NCBI GenBank assembly: GCA_028694995.1
Contig: JAQVJU010000001.1
Span: 173,318 to 237,317, forward strand
Source: Minisyncoccota bacterium
GTDB taxonomy: Bacteria > Patescibacteriota > Minisyncoccia > UBA6257
Direction of reading: 5' to 3'
Length of the DNA: 64,000 bases
The notes beneath the pieces are model-generated. The model was given only the letters and a program-made list of their open reading frames with translations, did not search any database and was not told the DNA's origin. Positions 40,077 to 49,956 of the stretch are shown here, piece after piece. The position numbers and the translations under genes are program-made. The first letter of the stretch is position 1. Each line of letters begins with the position of its first letter.

Positions 40077-41282
40077 ATGGATAAAAAAATACAAAAACTA
40101 CTCACAATTTTCCTAATCATTGGTATTTTAGGTTCTTTTATCTTTGGTTTTCTTGGTGGTGTTTTTTCAACACATTATGTTGGTGATTTTTTCTTGAAAA
40201 AAAATCAAGAAAAAGACATATCTAGTTTAACTGAAAGTGACTATGAAAGAAAAATAATAGAAGCAGTTAAGAATAGTGAAAATTCTGTAGTCAGTGTTAT
40301 TGCGACAAAGGATTTACCAAAAATAGAAGAATATTATATCAATCCTTTTGAGGGATTTGGACCTTTTGATTTTTACTTTCAGATTCCCCAATATCGTCAA
40401 AGAGGAACAGAAGAAAAAGAGGTAAGCGCTGGCAGTGGTTTTGTAATTGATTCTCAAGGCTATATCATTACAAATCAACATGTAGTAGAAGATACGACTG
40501 CTAATTATACGGTTTTAATGAATGATGGAGAAAAATACAATGCTGAAGTAGTCGCTCGTGATTTAATAGAAGATTTTGCTATTTTAAAAATTAAAAAAGA
40601 TGGATTAACCTCTTTGCCTTTGGGCGATTCTAGTAATATTGCCTTAGGGCAAACAGTAATTGCTATTGGTAATGCTTTAGGAGAATTTCAAAATACAGTT
40701 TCTGTAGGTGTAATTTCCGGTCTTTCTCGTTCAATAGATGTTCCTGATAATTATGGACAAAGAATCAGTTTAAATAATGTTATTCAAACTGATGTGGCCA
40801 TTAATCAAGGAAATTCTGGTGGTCCATTATTAAACTTAAAAGGTGAAGTCATTGGTTTAAATACAGCTAAGGTATTAAGCGCTGAAAATATTGGTTTTGC
40901 TATTCCAATAAATAAAATTAAAAATGCCATTGAACAGGTGATAGAAACTGGAGAATTTAAGATTCCTTATCTAGGGGTGAGATACATATTAATTAATTCA
41001 ATTGTTCAAGAAGAAAAAGAATTACCTGTTGATTATGGTGCTTTAATACTACAGGGAAGTAAAAATGAACCAGCAATAGAAAAAGATTCTCCTGCTTGGT
41101 TTGCTGGACTTGAAGAAAATGATATAATTTTGGAGCTGGATAACATTAAAATAGATGAGGAGAATCAATTGGCAACTCTGATTCGGCAATACAAACCTGG
41201 AGATAAGATTGTTTTGAAAATATTACGCAATGATGAAACCTTAATCAAAGAAATTGTTTTGGGAGAATTCCCTCAGAAATAA
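40077..41282 (+). CDS. htrA: HtrA/DegP-family trypsin-like serine protease with a PDZ domain
   Basis: N-terminal TM anchor, catalytic His (TNQHVV), Asp and Ser (GNSGGPL), and a C-terminal PDZ domain. Confidence 0.85.
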   Translation: MDKKIQKLLTIFLIIGILGSFIFGFLGGVFSTHYVGDFFLKKNQEKDISSLTESDYERKIIEAVKNSENSVVSVIATKDLPKIEEYYINPFEGFGPFDFYFQIPQYRQRGTEEKEVSAGSGFVIDSQGYIITNQHVVEDTTANYTVLMNDGEKYNAEVVARDLIEDFAILKIKKDGLTSLPLGDSSNIALGQTVIAIGNALGEFQNTVSVGVISGLSRSIDVPDNYGQRISLNNVIQTDVAINQGNSGGPLLNLKGEVIGLNTAKVLSAENIGFAIPINKIKNAIEQVIETGEFKIPYLGVRYILINSIVQEEKELPVDYGALILQGSKNEPAIEKDSPAWFAGLEENDIILELDNIKIDEENQLATLIRQYKPGDKIVLKILRNDETLIKEIVLGEFPQK

Positions 41283-41294
41283 AAATTATTAAAT

Positions 41295-43922
41295 ATGTCT
41301 TTAGGTAGATTTACATCAAAAGCCCAAGCGGCAATAGAAAAAGCCCAACAGATGGCTTTGGAAAGAAACCAAGGAGAGATGCGCGCTCTTCATCTTTTGT
41401 ATGTTTTATTAGAAGAAACTGATTCTGGAATAAGAGATATATTAGAAAAAAATATGAAGGTTGATGCAGAAGGTCTTTTACAAGACACATTAGAAGAGAT
41501 TGTTAAATTGCCTCGGATTTTCAGTATTGGTGATGGTTTAAAACAAATGTATCTTTCTCAAGAGATAATACAAGTAATAGAAACGGCAGCTAGAAAAACA
41601 ATAGAGGATAAGAATGAATATGTTTCCCCAGAATATTTGTTTTATGGAATTCTGGTTACTAAAAATTCAGCACAAGATTTATTGAATAAATACAATCTTA
41701 AGAAAGATCCTTTTCTTAAAGCTCTTTATGAATATTCTCAAGGAGAGAAAATAACAGATGAGTTTCAAGAAATGGGAACAGCTATAGAAAAATACACACA
41801 AGATTTGAATAAATTAGCAGCTGAAGATAAATTAGACCCAGTTATTGGAAGAGAAGAAGAATTAAGACGGATAATGCAGATTTTATCAAGAAGGACTAAA
41901 AATAACCCGATTTTAATTGGAGAAGCTGGAGTAGGTAAAACTGCAGTTATTGAAGGTTTGGCTCAGTTAATTGCTTCTGGTGAAGTGCCTGAAAGCTTGA
42001 TAGATAAAAAAATAATTTCCTTGGATTTAGGCTCTTTGATTGCTGGAACTAGATTTAGAGGTGAATTTGAAGAAAGATTAAAGAATTTATTAAAAGAGAT
42101 AAAAAAAGCTGGTAATATTATTATCTTTATTGATGAGGTTCATACTCTTGTTGGTGCTGGAGCAGCTGAAGGAGCTATTGATGCTTCAAATCTTTTAAAA
42201 CCTGCTTTGGCCCGTGGAGAATTGCGAGCAATAGGCGCGGCAACTTTTAAAGATTTTCGAGAATATATAGAGAAAGACCCAGCTTTAGAGCGTCGTTTCC
42301 AACCGGTTTTTGTTGAAGAACCTTCTCCAGAAGAAACCATGGATATTTTAAGAGGATTAAAAGTGAAATATGAAGCTCATCATGGTTTGAAAATATCAGA
42401 AGAGGCTATAGAGGCAGCAGTTCAATTATCTAGTCGTTATATTTCTTCTCGCTTTTTACCTGATAAAGCCATAGATTTAGTTGATGAAGCTGCTTCAGTA
42501 TTAAGTTTGGAAATTGGCAGTATTCCTTCATCAATTAGTGATTTGAAGAATAAGATAAAATTCTTTGAATTAAGACAAAAAGCAATAAAAAGAGAAGGCT
42601 CTAAATCTGTTAAAGATGTTTCCAGCACTAAAATCAATAACGAATTAAGACAATTAAAAAGAAAATTAAAAGAATTGAATAGTAAATGGCAAAAAGAGAA
42701 GAAAATATTTACTGAGGTTGGAGATATTAAAAAAGAAAGAGAAAGATTATTAAGAGAATCTCAGGAAAATGAAAAAGCAGGTCAATTAGATAAAGTGGCA
42801 GAAATAGTTTATGGAAAAATACCTCAACTGGAAAAGAATTTAAAAGTAAAAGAAAAGAGTTTAGAAAAAATACCTAATAGAGAAAGATTCTTAAAAGAAG
42901 AAGTGATGGCTGAAGATATAGCCAAGGTAGTTTCTAATTGGACTGGAATTCCAGTAACTAGAATGTTAGAAGAAGAAAGCAGAAAATTAGCGCGGATAGA
43001 GAAAGAATTGGCTAAAAGAGTTGTTGGTCAAGAAGAAGCGATTCAAGCTATTAGTCGGGCAATTAAAAGAGCTAGAGTTGGCATTTCAGAAGAAGAAAGG
43101 CCAATGGGATCTTTTATGTTCTTAGGGCCAACTGGAGTTGGAAAAACAGAGTTAGCCAAGGCTTTGGCAGAATTTATGTTTTCTGATGAGAAAGCTATGA
43201 TTCGTGTTGATATGTCAGAATACATGGAAAAGCATAGTGTGGCTCGTTTAATAGGCTCACCCCCAGGCTATATTGGTTATGAAGCTGGAGGTCAGTTGAC
43301 TGAAGAAGTTAAACACCGACCTTATAGCTTGGTATTGTTTGATGAAATAGAAAAGGCCCATCCTGAGGTATTTAATATCCTACTTCAGGTTTTAGATAAT
43401 GGTCGTTTGACTGATGGCAAAGGCCGGGTGGTTAATTTTAAAAATACGATTATAATAATGACCTCAAATTTGGGCGGAGAATATATTCACCAAATGGCAT
43501 CTTTGGGGTTTGCAGTTAGTAAGAAAAACAAAGTGGAAGAACAACGAGAAGAATTAAAATCTAAAATCCATGAATCTTTAAAAGAGAAATTCCGTCCAGA
43601 ATTCTTAAACCGAATTGATGAAATAATTATCTTTAATTCTCTTCATAGTCGAGAGATAGAGAAAATTATTGATTTGCAAATGGCAAAGATTAACAATCGA
43701 CTGGCTGAAAGGAAAATTCATTTAGAATTGACATCAGAGGCAAAAAAATATTTGGCTCAAAAAGGATTTAGCGCTGAATATGGAGTGCGTCCTCTAAAGA
43801 GGTTAATAGAAAAAGAAATATTAGATCGTTTAGCTGATGCGATGATTATTGGAGAAATAAAAGAAGATAAAAAGCTTTTGATAAACTTGAAAAAGAATAG
43901 TCTTAATTTATGTCAAAAATAG
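41295..43922 (+). CDS. clpB: ATP-dependent chaperone ClpB (Hsp100) with a long coiled-coil M-domain
   Basis: Clp_N repeats, D1 GEAGVGKT and [10 protein letters not shown], an M-domain of about 120 aa, D2 GPTGVGKT and LFDEIEKAH, and sensor-2 GVRPLKR. Confidence 0.9.
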   Translation: MSLGRFTSKAQAAIEKAQQMALERNQGEMRALHLLYVLLEETDSGIRDILEKNMKVDAEGLLQDTLEEIVKLPRIFSIGDGLKQMYLSQEIIQVIETAARKTIEDKNEYVSPEYLFYGILVTKNSAQDLLNKYNLKKDPFLKALYEYSQGEKITDEFQEMGTAIEKYTQDLNKLAAEDKLDPVIGREEELRRIMQILSRRTKNNPILIGEAGVGKTAVIEGLAQLIASGEVPESLIDKKIISLDLGSLIAGTRFRGEFEERLKNLLKEIKKAGNIIIFIDEVHTLVGAGAAEGAIDASNLLKPALARGELRAIGAATFKDFREYIEKDPALERRFQPVFVEEPSPEETMDILRGLKVKYEAHHGLKISEEAIEAAVQLSSRYISSRFLPDKAIDLVDEAASVLSLEIGSIPSSISDLKNKIKFFELRQKAIKREGSKSVKDVSSTKINNELRQLKRKLKELNSKWQKEKKIFTEVGDIKKERERLLRESQENEKAGQLDKVAEIVYGKIPQLEKNLKVKEKSLEKIPNRERFLKEEVMAEDIAKVVSNWTGIPVTRMLEEESRKLARIEKELAKRVVGQEEAIQAISRAIKRARVGISEEERPMGSFMFLGPTGVGKTELAKALAEFMFSDEKAMIRVDMSEYMEKHSVARLIGSPPGYIGYEAGGQLTEEVKHRPYSLVLFDEIEKAHPEVFNILLQVLDNGRLTDGKGRVVNFKNTIIIMTSNLGGEYIHQMASLGFAVSKKNKVEEQREELKSKIHESLKEKFRPEFLNRIDEIIIFNSLHSREIEKIIDLQMAKINNRLAERKIHLELTSEAKKYLAQKGFSAEYGVRPLKRLIEKEILDRLADAMIIGEIKEDKKLLINLKKNSLNLCQK

Positions 43923-44620
43923 TAAAGTTTCTTTTTTCTTTAGAAACTAAAGTTTTATTCTTTTTTACGCTTTATATCATAGCGCTTTTTGGAAGCGCTA
44001 TCTTTCCTTTTAATTTTTTTTATGCAATTTTAACTTGTTTGTTAATTATTGTTTTATGGAAGATTGTCCTAGGTCTTTCTTGGGTTAATTTTGCATTTCT
44101 TTTTTTTGCTTTTTTAGAAGTTAATGTTATTAAATCTTTTTTTAGACCTTTTTGGGTGATAATATTTATTTTCCTGTTTTTATTCTTTTTTTGGCAGAAG
44201 TGTTTTGCCTATAAAAACAATAAAAACTCTGAAAGAAAGAGTTTTGATTGTTTGACCAATTTGGCTTGTTCAAAAATGGAAAAATATTGGCGGGAGATTC
44301 TTTTTTATTATCTTTTTTTAACTTGGATAATTATTGCTTATGGTTTGTATTTCTTTTTGAATTATTTTTTTAGTATAAGTTTCTTAATATATTTTTCTGG
44401 ATTAATGATTTTTGCTAATCTTTATTTGGTGTTTTCCAACGTGCGTTGTTCTGATTACTTAATTTCTTTTTGGATTTTACTTCTTGTTAATTTGGAATTC
44501 TTTGTATTATTTAGTTATCTTTCGTTAAATGTTTTGATTTTAAGTCTTTTATTAGCTTTGGTTTTTCATTTTTCTGCTTATTTTTTGGAGCGCAAACATT
44601 CATCAATTGTTCTTCAATAA
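43910..44620 (+). CDS. Hypothetical Phe-rich polytopic membrane protein (low confidence; 110-nt antisense overlap with the pth 3' end)
   Basis: 236-aa ORF with 6-7 predicted TM helices. It could be a real small membrane protein or an AT-rich shadow ORF. Confidence 0.35.
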   Translation: MSKIVKFLFSLETKVLFFFTLYIIALFGSAIFPFNFFYAILTCLLIIVLWKIVLGLSWVNFAFLFFAFLEVNVIKSFFRPFWVIIFIFLFLFFFWQKCFAYKNNKNSERKSFDCLTNLACSKMEKYWREILFYYLFLTWIIIAYGLYFFLNYFFSISFLIYFSGLMIFANLYLVFSNVRCSDYLISFWILLLVNLEFFVLFSYLSLNVLILSLLLALVFHFSAYFLERKHSSIVLQ

Positions 44621-45134
44621 TTGGAAAAGTTTTATTAAGTATTTGTTTTTCTTGAGAATTGAAATTTGTTAAAACTAATTTATCAGCTTTTTGGCGTTGA
44701 GAAGGAGAACGGATGCCAATTCTTAATCGATAAAAATTCTTTGATTTTAAAAAATGAATAATAGATTCAACTCCTTTATGTCCTGCTGAACCGCGTCCAA
44801 AATGAATTTTAAAATTACCCAAAGCGATATCAGAATCATCATGAGCAATGAAAATATTCTTAAGAGGCAATTGGTAGAATTGTTTTAATAGATTTAATGT
44901 TTTGCCTGATTGATTCATAAAAACCAGAGATTTAGCTAAAATAATTGAACAATTGTTTATCTTAATTAAGCTTATTTTAGCCATGCATTTTTTATTACTT
45001 TTCCATTCAGTACCTGCATGTTTATGAACTAAATAATCAAGAAAAATATGACCAGTATTATGACGGTTGTTTTGGAAGGTAATATCTGGGTTGCCTAATC
45101 CTGTAATGAGGATTTTTTGTTTAAGATTAGCCAT
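44511..45134 (-). CDS. pth: Peptidyl-tRNA hydrolase
   Basis: KILITGLGNP...RHNTGH. I chose the start at MANLKQ (ATG at 45132-45134) rather than the upstream Met of the ORF track, which would overlap the LCP gene. Confidence 0.85.
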   Translation of the reverse strand: MANLKQKILITGLGNPDITFQNNRHNTGHIFLDYLVHKHAGTEWKSNKKCMAKISLIKINNCSIILAKSLVFMNQSGKTLNLLKQFYQLPLKNIFIAHDDSDIALGNFKIHFGRGSAGHKGVESIIHFLKSKNFYRLRIGIRSPSQRQKADKLVLTNFNSQEKQILNKTFPIIEEQLMNVCAPKNKQKNEKPKLIKDLKSKHLTKDN

Positions 45135-45138
45135 TATT

Positions 45139-46182
45139 TTATGAAGAAATTTTTTCTTTGATGTATTCTTGGATTTTTTGATATTTTTCAAAACCTTCTC
45201 GGGGAATTAAAATGTAAATATCTTGGGCTGAAGATTCGCTAGTATAAGTAGTGGTGGATAATAATTCATCTGGAGGACGATTGGTTATTTGAAGATATTC
45301 CATTTCATCTGTGGAAATATCTTTAATAAGATTAAAAATATTCCAAAGAGCATTAAAGTCTAAATCAGCAATAATATGGTTATTAAGTGATTGCCAAATT
45401 TTTAACCAAGTGACTAAATTCCAGACATCAGCCAGTTTTGTTAATTTATTTTTAAGAGCAGCAATTATTTGTTGTTGGTGTCGCATACGGTAAAAATCTC
45501 CTTCTGGGGCATAACGGCTGCGGACAAATTTAATTGCCAGATCTCCATCTAAATGACGCCAGCCAGCAGCCAAATGGAAAATCTCAGTTGGTTTATGAGG
45601 ATTAATCAATAAAGGGTCATAAACATCAGTTTCTAACCAAATATCAATACCACCAATAGCATCTATTAATTTACCAAATCCTTCTAGTTCTAAGATAACA
45701 GTTTCATCTATTTTCAATCCAGTTATTTCTTCTGCTTTTTTTGTAATGAAACTTGATTTTGTTGCTTGGGAAAATTTTTTACCCCTGTTTTCCATTGCAT
45801 AAAGTCCATTGATTTTGGTTTCTTGTGAGGAATTAGGAATTCTAACCCAGAGGTCACGGGGAATAGAGATAAGAGCAATTTTTTTATTAGTAAAATCAAG
45901 ATGAGTCACTAAGATAGTGTCAGTGGCAAATTGTCCCCTAGAGCCTTCACCGACAATTCCTAAGAGGAGGAGATTAAGAGAAGAGTTTTTTGTTCTTACT
46001 GATTCTTGAATATCAAAATCATTGTAAGAATTGTAAGAAAAAAGATATTCTTTTGGTTGTGATTGGTTTAATAGTAAAAAAAATAACCCGAAGAATAAAC
46101 CAACAGCTAAGATAATCAATAAATTTTTTTTAGAAAAAAAGCTCATTTTAAACAATTTATCACATTTGCTTTCAGAGTTCAA
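45139..46182 (-). CDS. LytR-CpsA-Psr (LCP) family cell-envelope phosphotransferase
   Basis: N-terminal TM anchor and an LCP core (IALISIPRDLWVRIP, YRMRHQQ-like segment). An alternative start at MSFFSKK (46146) is possible. Confidence 0.8.
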   Translation of the reverse strand: MNSESKCDKLFKMSFFSKKNLLIILAVGLFFGLFFLLLNQSQPKEYLFSYNSYNDFDIQESVRTKNSSLNLLLLGIVGEGSRGQFATDTILVTHLDFTNKKIALISIPRDLWVRIPNSSQETKINGLYAMENRGKKFSQATKSSFITKKAEEITGLKIDETVILELEGFGKLIDAIGGIDIWLETDVYDPLLINPHKPTEIFHLAAGWRHLDGDLAIKFVRSRYAPEGDFYRMRHQQQIIAALKNKLTKLADVWNLVTWLKIWQSLNNHIIADLDFNALWNIFNLIKDISTDEMEYLQITNRPPDELLSTTTYTSESSAQDIYILIPREGFEKYQKIQEYIKEKISS

Positions 46183-46203
46183 TTGTGATATTATTTTTGA
46201 GAT

Positions 46204-46734
46204 ATGTGGCGAAAAATTCTTTGGGAAAATTTAGAAATGATTTTTATCGCAATTCTTATAGTGGCGCCTATAAGATATTTTTTAATTCAGCCTTTTATAG
46301 TTCATGGGAGCAGTATGGAGCCTAATTTTTATACTCAAGATTATTTAATTATAGATGAATTAACCTATCGTTTTCGTAATCCAGAAAGATATGAGGTGAT
46401 AGTTTTTAAAGCTCCCAATCATCAAAATCAATACTATATTAAGAGAATTATTGGCTTACCAGGAGAAACTATTAGCATTGATGATGGTCAGATAGAAATA
46501 TCTCATCCTTTAAAAGGTTCTTTTATTTTAGAGCAAGATTTTTTATCCAATGAATTAAAGACTTCAGGAAGTCTTGAATTGACTTTAGCTAATAATCAAT
46601 TTTTTGTATTAGGAGATAATCGTTTGGCCTCTTATGATTCTCGGAATTGGGGGCCAGTGGAAAGAAATTTGATCATTGGTCGGGTTTGGCTTCGTTTATG
46701 GCCTTTTAAGAAAATTGAAGCATATGGCATCTGA
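46204..46734 (+). CDS. lepB: Signal peptidase I
   Basis: Catalytic GSSMEP (Ser), YIKRIIGLPGE (Lys), GDNRLASYDSRNWGPV. Confidence 0.9.
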   Translation: MWRKILWENLEMIFIAILIVAPIRYFLIQPFIVHGSSMEPNFYTQDYLIIDELTYRFRNPERYEVIVFKAPNHQNQYYIKRIIGLPGETISIDDGQIEISHPLKGSFILEQDFLSNELKTSGSLELTLANNQFFVLGDNRLASYDSRNWGPVERNLIIGRVWLRLWPFKKIEAYGI

Positions 46735-48034
46735 AAAAGAATTAACTCAAAAAACCAGAAAACAATCTTTTCAGACTCCTCGGGGAATGAAAGATATTTT
46801 AGCTGAAGACTGGTTGTATTATGACTTTATATTACAAAATGCTAAAAAGATTTTTGAATTTTATGGTTTTAAAAGAATAGAAACTCCTTTATTAGAAGAG
46901 GCAGAATTATTTACCAAAGGAGTTGGCAAGAAAACAGAAATTGTTGGTAAGGAAATGTATCTTTTGAAAACTAAAGGAGAACAAGGGTTTTTAGCTTTGC
47001 GACCAGAAGGCACAGCGCCGATTGTCAGGGCTTATATAGAAAAGGGAATGTTTAATTTGCCACAACCGATAAAATTGTATTATTTTGGTTCTTTTTTCCG
47101 TCATGAAAAACCTCAGGCTGGACGTTATCGCCAGTTTTATCAGTTTGGGGCAGAGATAATAGGAGAAGATGATATTGCTTCAGAAGTAAAGATTATAATG
47201 CTTTCAAAGATATTTTTAGAATCTTTGGGTTTTGCTAAAAAAGATATTTTCTTACTTCTTAACAGTATTGGTTGTTCTAAATGCCGGGCAGTTTATATCC
47301 GAGAGCTTAAAAAATATTACAGAAAGAATAACAAACAGATTTGTTCTGATTGTCGTCGACGAATACAAGAAAATCCTCTTAGGGTGTTGGATTGTAAAAA
47401 TGAAAAGTGTTATCCTGTAAAAGAAGGAGCGCCTTTTATACTCGATTATCTATGCACTGAATGCAATAATCACTTTAAATCTCTCTTGGAGTACCTTGAA
47501 TATTTAAATATCCCTTATATTCTAGACAAAACCTTGGTTAGGGGTTTGGATTATTACACCAGAACTGTTTTTGAATTTTGCTTAGATGATGAAAAGAGCA
47601 AGATTTCTCTTGGTGGCGGTGGTAGATATGATAAATTGGCAGAAATTATAGGTAGAGTTAAAAAACCAGGTGTGGGAGTGGCTTTTGGTGTTGAACGATT
47701 AATGGAAGAAATGATTCAACGAGGCAAGGGATTTAAATCAGCAAAACCAGAAGTTTTCTTGGTCTATATCGGAGAGGCAGCTAAGAAAATGTCTTTTAAA
47801 ATTTTAGAGCAATTTCGCAAAGAGAAAATCCTTATTGGGGAAAATTTGGAAAAAAACAATTTGCGAGCTCAATTAAAAAATGCTGACCGTTTGGGAGTGA
47901 AATATGTTTTTATGCTTGGTCAGCAAGAAGTTTTAGATGAGATGATAATTTTAAAAGATATGAATTCTGGGCTTCAAGAATTAATTCCTTTAGATAAAAT
48001 TATCCCCGAAATTAAAAAAAGATTAAATAAATAG
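46724..48034 (+). CDS. hisS: Histidyl-tRNA synthetase with a Cys-rich insertion
   Basis: TPRGMKDIL, motif 2 FRHEKPQAGRYRQFYQFG, motif 3 and a C-terminal anticodon-binding domain. An 8-Cys insertion (CSKCR...CSDCRRR...CKNEKC...CTECNNH) is present. I took the start at MASEKEL. Confidence 0.9.
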   Translation: MASEKELTQKTRKQSFQTPRGMKDILAEDWLYYDFILQNAKKIFEFYGFKRIETPLLEEAELFTKGVGKKTEIVGKEMYLLKTKGEQGFLALRPEGTAPIVRAYIEKGMFNLPQPIKLYYFGSFFRHEKPQAGRYRQFYQFGAEIIGEDDIASEVKIIMLSKIFLESLGFAKKDIFLLLNSIGCSKCRAVYIRELKKYYRKNNKQICSDCRRRIQENPLRVLDCKNEKCYPVKEGAPFILDYLCTECNNHFKSLLEYLEYLNIPYILDKTLVRGLDYYTRTVFEFCLDDEKSKISLGGGGRYDKLAEIIGRVKKPGVGVAFGVERLMEEMIQRGKGFKSAKPEVFLVYIGEAAKKMSFKILEQFRKEKILIGENLEKNNLRAQLKNADRLGVKYVFMLGQQEVLDEMIILKDMNSGLQELIPLDKIIPEIKKRLNK

Positions 48035-48046
48035 AAAACAATAATT

Positions 48047-48262
48047 ATGGCCATTACAGTTAAAAGAAGAAGAGGTGAAAATATAAATTCTTTTTTAAGT
48101 CGCGCTTTTAAGGTTATTAAAAAAAGCGGTATTTTATTAGAAGCGCGAAAAAGAAAATACTATAATCCCAAACCAACTAAAAGAGATTTAAAATTATCAG
48201 CTTTACATAAACAAAAAGTGCTTCAAGAGATTGAAAGAAAAAGGAAAAAAGGACTTATTTAA
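48047..48262 (+). CDS. rpsU: 30S ribosomal protein S21
   Basis: MAITVKRRRGENINSFLSRAFKV...EARKRKYYNPKPT. Confidence 0.85.
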   Translation: MAITVKRRRGENINSFLSRAFKVIKKSGILLEARKRKYYNPKPTKRDLKLSALHKQKVLQEIERKRKKGLI

Positions 48263-48267
48263 AATGA

Positions 48268-48723
48268 ATGGTTCTAAAAACTGAAATTTTGATATATAAT
48301 TTAAGTGGGAAGAGAATTCCTTCAAAGAAATTCTTAAATGATTTAATAAAAAAAGTCCTGATTCTCCTTAAAGAAAAGAATAAAGTTCATTTGGCACTGG
48401 TTTTTATAGATCCAGAAGCAAGTCAAAAATTAAACAAGCATTGGCGTAATAAAAATACAGCAACAACAGTTCTTTCTTTTCCGCTTAAAGAAAATTTACC
48501 TTCAAAGCTGTTGGAAAAGGAAAAGGTTTTAGGAGATATTTTTCTTTGTCCAGAAGAAATAGAAAACCAAGCTAGAAAAACTAAACTCTCTGTTCTTTTC
48601 TTTTATAAAACATTAATTGTTCATAGTTTGCTCCATCTTTATGGTTATAGTCATCATCAGAAAAAAGAGGCGCAAAAAATGGAAATTTTAGAAAACAAGA
48701 TTATAGGTTTACTTAATAAATAA
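48268..48723 (+). CDS. ybeY: rRNA maturation endoribonuclease YbeY
   Basis: H3 zinc motif HSLLHLYGYSHH; about 150 aa. Confidence 0.75.
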   Translation: MVLKTEILIYNLSGKRIPSKKFLNDLIKKVLILLKEKNKVHLALVFIDPEASQKLNKHWRNKNTATTVLSFPLKENLPSKLLEKEKVLGDIFLCPEEIENQARKTKLSVLFFYKTLIVHSLLHLYGYSHHQKKEAQKMEILENKIIGLLNK

Positions 48724-48725
48724 TT

Positions 48726-49943
48726 ATGAAAATTCCTTTCTTAGCTATAGACTTAGGTTCAGCAAATATAAAGGCTTTAGTGGCTCAAGTTGATGCCCAA
48801 GGATTAAATGTTATTTTGCCAGCTAACCGCAAGTCACGAGGAATTAAGGAAGGGGTGCCTAATAATCTAGAAGCAGTGGCTGAGGAATTAGATAGCTTAA
48901 TTGCTGAAATAGAATCAATGTTAAAAAATGTTGCTTTTAGAGAAGCAGTGGTTGGAATTGGAGGTTCAAACTTAGAAACCCGTGTTTCAAAAGGAACCGC
49001 AGTGGTTACGAGGCCTGACCAGGAGATCGGAGAAGATGATATTCAAAGGGCTAATAAAGCCGCTGAGGCTTTTGCCTTACCTTCTAATAGAACTTTGATT
49101 CAAGCAGCCTTAAGAAGCTATATCGTAGATGGAGTGGCAAAGGTAAAAGATCCCTTAGGCATGAAAGGGTTAAAAATTGAATCTGAATGTCTTTTAATAG
49201 ATGCTTTTAGCCCTGACATTCATTCAATTGACCGTCTTGGGGAAATGATTAATATTAAATTTAATCCTAAGTTAATTCTTCCTTATGCTGGAGCAGAGAT
49301 TGCTTTAACAGCCCAAGACAAGGATTTAGGAGCAGTAGCTTTAGATTTAGGAGCAAGTACCACCAGTCTTTGCGTTTATGAGAATAATGAAATCTTGGAT
49401 TTAAAAGTATTCCCTGTTGGCGGCAATGCAATAACCAATGATATTGCAGTGGGTTTAAAGACAAGTGTTGATATTGCTGAAAAGATAAAGATAAATGAAG
49501 GTTTGGCTTTGAAAAGAAAAGTAACCAAAGACCAAGAAATTAATTGGGAGACATATTATGAAGATGATAGCGCAGGGGATAAAGTGACAAGGAAGTTTTT
49601 AGCAGAAATAATAGAAGCGCGCTTAGATGAAATTTTTGATTTAGTGGCTAAAAGATTAAAAGAAATCAATCGTTTTGAAAAATTACCTGGTGGGGTGGTT
49701 ATCTATGGTGGTGGAGCTAAAATGTCTTTGATAATAGATTTGGCAAAAGAAAGATTAAAACTTCCAGTGCGTTTTGCAAAACCAGAAATTGAATGGTATC
49801 AAGAAACATCTGATTTGAGTTTGATACCAGTTTTGGGATTATTGCTTTTAAGAGCTCAGGGACAGAGAGAAGGTTTTATCTCTTTAGAAGATGGAGTTTT
49901 AGGAAAAGCGTTTCGTTTTTTTAAAAATATTTTTTCAATTTAA
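48726..49943 (+). CDS. ftsA: Cell division protein FtsA
   Basis: Actin-like ATPase (IDLGSANIKALVA; second phosphate loop), located upstream of ftsZ. Confidence 0.9.
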   Translation: MKIPFLAIDLGSANIKALVAQVDAQGLNVILPANRKSRGIKEGVPNNLEAVAEELDSLIAEIESMLKNVAFREAVVGIGGSNLETRVSKGTAVVTRPDQEIGEDDIQRANKAAEAFALPSNRTLIQAALRSYIVDGVAKVKDPLGMKGLKIESECLLIDAFSPDIHSIDRLGEMINIKFNPKLILPYAGAEIALTAQDKDLGAVALDLGASTTSLCVYENNEILDLKVFPVGGNAITNDIAVGLKTSVDIAEKIKINEGLALKRKVTKDQEINWETYYEDDSAGDKVTRKFLAEIIEARLDEIFDLVAKRLKEINRFEKLPGGVVIYGGGAKMSLIIDLAKERLKLPVRFAKPEIEWYQETSDLSLIPVLGLLLLRAQGQREGFISLEDGVLGKAFRFFKNIFSI

Positions 49944-49956
49944 TTAATTTTTTAAT

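Noticed and set aside
41295-43922. Reassigning the 875-aa Hsp100 as ClpC because of an LGF-like motif (ASLGFA) in D2
   Set aside because: The M-domain is ClpB-length (about 120 aa of coiled coil) and the N-domain resembles ClpB. No clpP is in the window. I kept the ClpB call, though the possibility of ClpP docking is noted.
45135-45191. Upstream Met start of pth (MKNIKKSKNTSKKKFLHKI...)
   Set aside because: It would overlap the LCP gene by about 50 nt. The conserved Pth N-terminus (KILITGLGNP) begins right after MANLKQ at 45134.
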